Source: Vulcanimicrobiota bacterium
Lineage (GTDB): Bacteria; Vulcanimicrobiota; Vulcanimicrobiia; Vulcanimicrobiales; Vulcanimicrobiaceae
Reading direction: 5' to 3'
Length of the DNA: 64,000 nucleotides
Assembly (NCBI GenBank): GCA_963723515.1
Contig: CAVRQT010000002.1
Location: 416,001-480,000 of the forward strand
A program made the translations under genes and the position numbers. Shown in pieces: positions 58,224-64,000 of the stretch (its first letter is position 1; every line of letters starts with the position of its first letter). A model generated the notes under the pieces. It saw only the letters and a list, made by a program, of their open reading frames with translations, did no database searches and was not told the origin of the DNA.

Positions 58224-59122
58224 TGCTCGAAGTCGACCACGTTCGAAAATCGTTCGGCGATGCGCTCGCGGTCGCCGACGTCGCCTTTTCGATCCCCAAA
58301 GGGACGACATTCGGTTTGCTCGGTCCAAACGGCGCGGGCAAGACGACGACGATGCGGATGATCTTGGGAATCCTTGCGCCTGATGGCGGTTCGTTGCGCT
58401 GGAACGGCGCATCGATCGACGGTTCAGCGCGGCGCCGCTTCGGCTACCTTCCGGAAGAGCGCGGGCTCTACGGAAAGATGAAGGTTAAAGATCAGATCGC
58501 ATATTTCGGACAGCTGCACGGCTTGCGGAAGGCAGACAGTTCACGGCGCGCGTCAGAGTGGATCGAGCAATTACAGCTCGGCGAATATGCGGATCGCCCC
58601 GCCGGCGAACTCTCGAAGGGCAATCAGCAGAAGGTTCAAGTCGCGTGCGCCGCGGTGCACGACCCGGAGCTGCTGGTTCTCGACGAACCGTTTTCAGGTC
58701 TCGATCCGGTCAACGCCGAGATGCTGTTTTCTATGTTGCAGACGCAGCAGTCGCGCGGTACGGCGCTCGTGCTTTCAAGCCATCAGATGTGGCAGCTCGA
58801 GGAACTGTGCAGCCGTTTCTGCATCATCGCCGATGGAAGGAATCGCGCCGCAGGAACTCTGAGCGAGTTGCGGGCGCAATTCCCAACGCGCGTCTTGCGC
58901 GTTTCGCCGCCGACGGACGCAGTAAGCAAGGTCCTCGATGCGTTGCCGGACACGCAACGCCTGGGCATGCAAGACGGCGCTGTTGATTACGAAGTGAAGG
59001 CGGATGCGCCCTTGCCGAGCATTCTGCGCGAGCTCGTGGCATCGGAATCCATCACCCGCTTTGAAGCGATCGAGCCATCGTTGCAAGATGTCTACCTGCG
59101 AGCGATCGGAGATATGGCATGA
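58220..59122 (+). CDS. ABC-2 transporter ATP-binding protein (NatA/YhaQ-like)
   Basis: GPNGAGKTT, GYLPEERGLY, LSKGNQQK, LDEPFSGLDP. Confidence 0.9.
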   Translation: MMLEVDHVRKSFGDALAVADVAFSIPKGTTFGLLGPNGAGKTTTMRMILGILAPDGGSLRWNGASIDGSARRRFGYLPEERGLYGKMKVKDQIAYFGQLHGLRKADSSRRASEWIEQLQLGEYADRPAGELSKGNQQKVQVACAAVHDPELLVLDEPFSGLDPVNAEMLFSMLQTQQSRGTALVLSSHQMWQLEELCSRFCIIADGRNRAAGTLSELRAQFPTRVLRVSPPTDAVSKVLDALPDTQRLGMQDGAVDYEVKADAPLPSILRELVASESITRFEAIEPSLQDVYLRAIGDMA

Positions 59123-60318
59123 ACGAATTCCGAACCGTCGTCGCCGCGGAGATCATGCGCCGGATCCGCTCCCGCGCCTTCAAGGTAGGGCTTGTGCTCG
59201 GCATCGTCGCGGTCGCGCTCGCGATCAAAGCGCCCCAACTCGTGGGCGACGCGATGAACCGCGCCAGCCGCTCGATCGTCGTGGCCGGAGATCCATCGAT
59301 CGTCGATCGGGCCGCCAAATTGCTTTCCAAAGATTTCGCGATTGAAGGCGTCACCAATGTTACGGGATCGCAGAGCGCTCGGATGCTGGATGCGCACCGC
59401 AATGCGGGCGCGCTGGTGGTCGTTGCGCGTAGCGGACGGGGCGTGAGCGTCTCGGTGTACGCGCGGGACTTGAGCTTCGTCAAGACAGCCACGATCAGAG
59501 AGGACTTGATGCCGCTCAACTTGGCGCTGGCGACGTCCGCTTCGCAAACTGCCATCGACCGCTACATGAACGTGCCGATCACGCTCCACAGCATCAACTC
59601 GAAGTTCGCGAGCTCCGGCGCCGCCGATGCCGCAAAAGCGCTCGCTTATGGCCTGCTCTTCTTCCTTTATGTATCGATCTTACTCAACAGCCAGTTGATC
59701 ATGACGTCCGTCGCTGAAGAGAAGACAAGCCGCATCGCGGAGCTGCTGGTGGCATCCGTTCATCCCTCCGCGCTATTGGCGGGAAAGATTGCGGCGGCTG
59801 CTGTCTTGGCGGTCATTCAAATGGCCTCGTGGCTTGTCGTCGCATACCTCGTCAGCGGTATCGGGGGCGACGGCTCCGGATTTGCGTCGATCCTGCGAGT
59901 CGTGACGCCACTTGAAGCACTCGCATTTGCGGTGTACTTCATCCTTGGCTATTTGCAACTCTCGACGCTCTTTGCGGCAGCCGCTTCACTCGTCAATCGC
60001 ACCGAAGACTTGGGCAGTCTTTCCGGACCGCTCGTCATGCCGGTCGTTTTCGCGTTGTTCGTCGCCATCTATGCGTTAGGGTTTCCAAACGCACCGCTGG
60101 TCACAGTTACAAGCTTCATTCCGATCGTCGCGCCCTTTACGATGTTTGCCCGGATCGGCGTAAGTAACGTGCCCGCGTGGCAAATCGCGCTTTCTGTCGC
60201 AATCAATATTGCCGCCGTCTGGGCGTTCGCTGTTCTCGCCGGAAGAGTGTACCGCGTCGGCATGCTGCTCTATGGCCGGCCGCCCAAGTTATCGCAACTC
60301 TGGGCGACGCTGAGATGA
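59119..60318 (+). CDS. ABC-2 transporter permease (NatB/YhaP-like)
   Basis: SVAEEKTSRIAELL, multiple TM helices, GRVYRVGMLLYG. Confidence 0.88.
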   Translation: MNEFRTVVAAEIMRRIRSRAFKVGLVLGIVAVALAIKAPQLVGDAMNRASRSIVVAGDPSIVDRAAKLLSKDFAIEGVTNVTGSQSARMLDAHRNAGALVVVARSGRGVSVSVYARDLSFVKTATIREDLMPLNLALATSASQTAIDRYMNVPITLHSINSKFASSGAADAAKALAYGLLFFLYVSILLNSQLIMTSVAEEKTSRIAELLVASVHPSALLAGKIAAAAVLAVIQMASWLVVAYLVSGIGGDGSGFASILRVVTPLEALAFAVYFILGYLQLSTLFAAAASLVNRTEDLGSLSGPLVMPVVFALFVAIYALGFPNAPLVTVTSFIPIVAPFTMFARIGVSNVPAWQIALSVAINIAAVWAFAVLAGRVYRVGMLLYGRPPKLSQLWATLR

Positions 60319-60352
60319 GCCGCAAGTAATATAAAGGCGACGCTACAATACC

Positions 60353-60462
60353 TGTCACGCTGAGTTTATCGAAGCGCCACGATTACGGTTGCCCTCGATC
60401 CTTCGACACTTCGATAAGCTCAGTGCAGGCTGCCGCTCAGGACAACTGAGCTCAGCGTGACA
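60353..60462. repeat. Nested palindromic REP/MITE-like element (CTGAG..TCGAAG family)
   Basis: Perfect 12-bp terminal IR TGTCACGCTGAG/CTCAGCGTGACA; internal CTTCGATAAGCTCAG and CCTTCGACA..GCTCAGGACAA copies. Confidence 0.75.
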
Positions 60463-60468
60463 CAGATG

Positions 60469-60489
60469 AAGCGCAGCGACCGCTGCCTT
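60469..60489 (-). promoter_or_regulatory. SECIS-like hairpin
   Basis: AAG-GCAGC-GGUC-GCUGC-G-CUU beginning 11 nt 3' of the in-frame UGA. Confidence 0.7.
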
Positions 60490-60749
60490 TAGTGGACCGT
60501 TCAGCCTTGTGGCGGATTCCCCCAACCCGATTGAATGTACTTGCCGTCGACGACGATCGCCGGCACCGTCGGGTCGTCGCCGGTATATGAAAACATCTTT
60601 CGGCGCTCAGCCGGATCGTTCTGCGCATCGTGCACGACGTATCGTGTGCCCGCTGCATCGTAGTGTGCCATCGCGGCTTTACAATATGGACAAGCCGGAC
60701 TGATGTAGAGCTCTAGGGTGCTTCCGGCGGGAATCCGTTCAACGTCCAT
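60489..60749 (-). CDS. Glutaredoxin-like selenoprotein (CPYC, C-terminal G-U-T-V-H), Uxx-star-like
   Basis: CPYC and TVP glutaredoxin motifs; TGA 60503-60501 followed by ACG GTC CAC TAA and a SECIS-like hairpin; selA/selB in the window. Confidence 0.8.
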
Positions 60750-60763
60750 TGGTAATACCGATC

Positions 60764-61597
60764 ATGCCGCTCACCTTCGTACCCACTCCGCTTGGGAATC
60801 TACGCGACATCACGCTGCGGGCACTTGACACCTTGCGCGATTGCGACCTGCTCGTCGCCGAAGATACCCGCGTGGCGCGCAGGCTCCTTTCCGCTTTGAA
60901 GCTGCCCGCGAAGCCGCTGCGCAGCTATCGCGAACAGAACGCCGCGAGGGTGACGGAGAAGATCATCGACGCCGCGCACACGCAGCACGTTGCGGTCGTC
61001 TCAGACGCCGGAATGCCGGCAATTTCGGATCCCGGGGCCGCGTTGATCGCCGCTGCGCGTCGCGACGGAATCGCGATCGAGGTGTTGCCCGGGCCGAGCG
61101 CGGTGCTCAGCGCCGCCGTGCTGAGCGGTTTCGATGTGCGCGAGTTTGCATTCAGCGGATTTCTCCCACGCAAGAGCGGCGCTCGCCGAGCGGCCTTCGA
61201 GGCGCTTGCAAAAAACGGCGGTGTTACGACGGTGTGGTTTGAATCACCGCAACGAATCCGCGCAGCGCTGCGCGATCTTGATGCAGTCGATCCGAAACGG
61301 CGGTGCTTCGTTTTGCGCGAATACACGAAGATGCACGAACAGCAAATCGCCGGCACTTCGAGCGAGGTAGCCACGGCGCTTCCGGAACCCGTGCGTGGCG
61401 AGATTGCCCTCGTCGTTGAAGGCGGCGCAGCGAAGCAACCGCCCCCGATGGACTTCGAGCGCGCCGCGGATGCGCTTTTTGCGAAACGTGCGAGCGTCGC
61501 GGCGATTGCAAAGGCGTTGGCGCAGCGCGGATATGGCCCGCGGAGCGAAGTCTATAACCGCCTTCTGCAACGCAAAGAACGCGAGAGACAAAGGTGA
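60764..61597 (+). CDS. rsmI: 16S rRNA C1402 2'-O-methyltransferase
   Basis: VPTPLGNLRDITLRA, AEDTR, VSDAGMPAISDPG, FESPQR, REYTKMHE. Confidence 0.95.
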   Translation: MPLTFVPTPLGNLRDITLRALDTLRDCDLLVAEDTRVARRLLSALKLPAKPLRSYREQNAARVTEKIIDAAHTQHVAVVSDAGMPAISDPGAALIAAARRDGIAIEVLPGPSAVLSAAVLSGFDVREFAFSGFLPRKSGARRAAFEALAKNGGVTTVWFESPQRIRAALRDLDAVDPKRRCFVLREYTKMHEQQIAGTSSEVATALPEPVRGEIALVVEGGAAKQPPPMDFERAADALFAKRASVAAIAKALAQRGYGPRSEVYNRLLQRKERERQR

Positions 61598-63123
61598 CGC
61601 GCGCCTACTATGTGACGACGCCGATCTACTACATCAACGGTAGTCCCCACATCGGCCACGCCTACACGACGATCGTTGCGGACGTGCTTGCACGTACGGC
61701 GCGAACTCGCGGTGACGCGTTCTTCTTAACCGGCACCGACGAGCACGGCCAAAAGGTCGCGGAAGCGGCTGCGGCGGCGGGAATGTCGCCGCAGGAGTGG
61801 TGCGACCGGCTGATTCCAAAGTGGCAGAACCTCTTCGCGCGCTTCGACATTTCATATGACGACTTCATACGGACCACGCAGCTGCGTCATGAACTCGTCG
61901 TACAGCGCGTCTTCGAACGGCTGCGCGAAACGGACGACGTCTACCTCGGCAAATACGAAGGCTGGTATTGCTCGAACGACGAGACGTTCTGGCTGGAATC
62001 GAAACTCATCAATGGACGGTGTCCCAATCCGGAATGCGGTCGTGAAGTGCAATGGCTCTCCGAAGACGATTGGTTCTTCCGGCTTTCAAAGTATCGGAAT
62101 CGGCTGCTGCAGCATTTTTTGGAGCATCCCGACTGGGTGCGTCCGCGTTCCGCCTACAACGAGATGCTCGCCATGCTGCAAGAAGGCCTCGAAGACTTCA
62201 GCATTTCGCGCAGCACCTTTGACTGGGGCGTGCCGATCCCAGGCTACGGCGGTGTGATCTACGTTTGGTTCGACGCGCTGTTGAACTACATTTCGGCGAT
62301 CGATTGGTCGCGCGACGAGGCGCGCTTCCACAAATATTGGCCGGCATCGGTGCAATTGATCGGCAAAGAAATCATGCGCTTTCACACGCTTGTATGGCCG
62401 GCCGTTCTTTGGGCGCTGGGCGAACAAGCACCGCAACTCGTCTTCGCGCATGGCTGGATCACGCTCGATGGACAGAAGATCGGCAAGAGCCTCGGCAACG
62501 CGATCGACCCGTTCGTCTTGATCGATCGTTTCGGATCGGACGGCGTGCGGTATTTCTTGCTGCGCGAAGGACACTTCGGAAGCGATTTTTCCTACTCCGA
62601 AGCGAAGATCGCGCAACGGTACAACGACGAGCTCGCGAACGACCTCGGCAATCTTTTTCGCCGAACGCTCTCGATGCTCGAACGCTATCGCGATTCACTC
62701 GTTCCGCAACCGGGCGAATCGGTTTTTCCGGAACGCTTTACCGAATTGCCGTCGCGCGTGCAAGCGCTGATCTTCGACTTGCGTTTTCGCGATGCGCTTG
62801 AAGCGATCTGGGAGCTCGTAACGGCGCTTAACCGCGAGATCGACGACCGAAAACCTTGGGATCTGTACAAAGCCGGGAACGCGCGTGCGCTCGATGCGCT
62901 GCTCTACGATCTCTGCGAAGGCCTGCGGTGGCTCGCCGTCATGCTGGCGCCCTTCTTGCCTGAACGCACCACGTTGATGTGGCGACAACTCGGTCTCGAG
63001 AGCGGCTTGCACGATGATTGGCGGGAGGCCCTCGTGTGGGGCGGACTCGGCGCCGGAACGCAGACGTCGCTCGGTGACGCGCTCTTTCCGCGCTTAGAAA
63101 TTCCCGCCGCGGGCTTGCCCTGA
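61594..63123 (+). CDS. metG: Methionine-tRNA ligase (short form)
   Basis: TTPIYYINGSPHIGH, GTDEHGQK, YVWFDAL, KIGKSLGN. Confidence 0.95.
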   Translation: MTRAYYVTTPIYYINGSPHIGHAYTTIVADVLARTARTRGDAFFLTGTDEHGQKVAEAAAAAGMSPQEWCDRLIPKWQNLFARFDISYDDFIRTTQLRHELVVQRVFERLRETDDVYLGKYEGWYCSNDETFWLESKLINGRCPNPECGREVQWLSEDDWFFRLSKYRNRLLQHFLEHPDWVRPRSAYNEMLAMLQEGLEDFSISRSTFDWGVPIPGYGGVIYVWFDALLNYISAIDWSRDEARFHKYWPASVQLIGKEIMRFHTLVWPAVLWALGEQAPQLVFAHGWITLDGQKIGKSLGNAIDPFVLIDRFGSDGVRYFLLREGHFGSDFSYSEAKIAQRYNDELANDLGNLFRRTLSMLERYRDSLVPQPGESVFPERFTELPSRVQALIFDLRFRDALEAIWELVTALNREIDDRKPWDLYKAGNARALDALLYDLCEGLRWLAVMLAPFLPERTTLMWRQLGLESGLHDDWREALVWGGLGAGTQTSLGDALFPRLEIPAAGLP

Positions 63124-63136
63124 GCCTGTCGAAGGG
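63115..63136 (+). repeat. Single arm of the same palindromic repeat family
   Basis: TTGCCCTGAGCCTGTCGAAGGG matches the arms at 60353-60445. Confidence 0.6.
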
Positions 63137-63933
63137 TGATCGACACGCACGCGCACGTGCACGACCGCGCATTCGATCGCGATCGCGGCGCTGTGGTCGA
63201 GCGCGCGAACCAAGCGGGCATAGCGGAGATCGTTACGGTCGGCTGCGACCTCGAGGATTCCCAACGCGCGATTGCATGCGCAGAGGAGTTCGGACTTTGG
63301 GCCACGGCCGGCATCCATCCGCACGAAGCGAAGGATGCGCCGCGCGATATTGAAGCCGCGTTCGCGCCGCTGCTGGAGCACCCGCGCGTGATCGCGATCG
63401 GAGAAACCGGCTTAGATTACTACTATGACCATAGCGCGCGAGATATTCAGCAGGGTTGTCTGCGCAACCAATTGCGTATCGCGCGGGATTGCCGCATGCC
63501 GGTCATCTTTCATCACCGCGACGCGTTTGATGATTTCGTGCGCATTCTCGAAGAGGAATGGCGCGATCAGATGTGCGGCGTCGTGCATTGCTTCACGGGC
63601 GATACGCAGCAAGCGCGAGGCTACGTCGACCGCTTCAGCTTAAAAATCGGCGTCGGCGGTATTATCACGTTTCGCAATGCCCAGCCGATTCGCGATGCGA
63701 TCGCCGCGGTCGGGTTGAGCGCCTGTGTCTTGGAGACGGACTGTCCTTACTTAGCCCCCGTGCCGCATCGTGGGAAGCGAAATGAACCCGCATTCGTCAG
63801 CGATACGGCTCGCGCACTAGCCGAAATCGTCGGAAAACCGCTGCCGGAAGTGCTGGAAATGACCGACCAGAATGCGCGCACGCTCTTCGGCATGCCGCTA
63901 GCCGGCGAACCGCTTCGCGTGCCGCCAGGTTGA
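63136..63933 (+). CDS. tatD: TatD family DNase
   Basis: IDTHAH, GIHPH, IGETGLDY, HCF, LETDCPYLAP..RGKRNEP. Confidence 0.93.
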   Translation: MIDTHAHVHDRAFDRDRGAVVERANQAGIAEIVTVGCDLEDSQRAIACAEEFGLWATAGIHPHEAKDAPRDIEAAFAPLLEHPRVIAIGETGLDYYYDHSARDIQQGCLRNQLRIARDCRMPVIFHHRDAFDDFVRILEEEWRDQMCGVVHCFTGDTQQARGYVDRFSLKIGVGGIITFRNAQPIRDAIAAVGLSACVLETDCPYLAPVPHRGKRNEPAFVSDTARALAEIVGKPLPEVLEMTDQNARTLFGMPLAGEPLRVPPG

Positions 63934-63999
63934 ATCGAAGCGCGCCTGCAGTTCTTTGCAGACGTGCGCATCTTTGATTTGCATGCCCCAATCGATTTG
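63898..63999 (-). CDS. 3' end of a gene running in from outside the window (possibly PLD-like)
   Basis: Open minus frame QIDWGMQIKDAHVCKELQARFDSTWRHAKRFAG-stop, convergent with tatD. Confidence 0.4.
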   Translation of the reverse strand, partial: QIDWGMQIKDAHVCKELQARFDSTWRHAKRFAG

Positions 64000-64000
64000 A

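Noticed and set aside
60353..60462. Possible CRISPR array or tRNA-Sec
   Set aside because: No regularly spaced direct repeats, no cas genes, no cloverleaf with a UCA anticodon

Overview
GC-rich (roughly 60% by eye), very gene-dense bacterial chromosome segment of about 55 genes. No rRNA, tRNA, CRISPR array, integrase or transposase was seen. Gene content (TonB protein plus Terrabacteria-type yqeK-rsfS and comEA/comEC, phosphoesterase and beta-propeller lipoproteins) suggests a diderm Terrabacterium such as Ca. Eremiobacterota; this is an inference. Blocks in order: envelope glycan locus (GT-C-like protein, three GT4, MBOAT, DltX-like peptide); typA; clpB-selB-selA-trxA-gyrA (minus); tsaE-tsaB-rimI-TonB-yqeK-rsfS; VPS10 and S10 hydrolases; comEA-leuS-galE-comEC; VOC/YciI cluster with an HxlR regulator; glnA/amtB; katG/Fur; nadABC; ABC transporter; rsmI-metG-tatD. 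Many genes, including essential ones, carry frameshifts that look like assembly errors. Best finding: a hidden glutaredoxin-like selenoprotein (CPYC...G-U-T-V-H-stop) with a SECIS-like hairpin just past its stop codon, in the same window as selA/selB. Also notable: a stand-alone DltX-like acyl-shuttle peptide, a recurring GGG-N16-CG(T/A)(A/G) promoter-like motif, probable CTG starts, RBS-sequestering leaders on glnA/amtB, a mirror-symmetric bidirectional promoter and a nested palindromic repeat.
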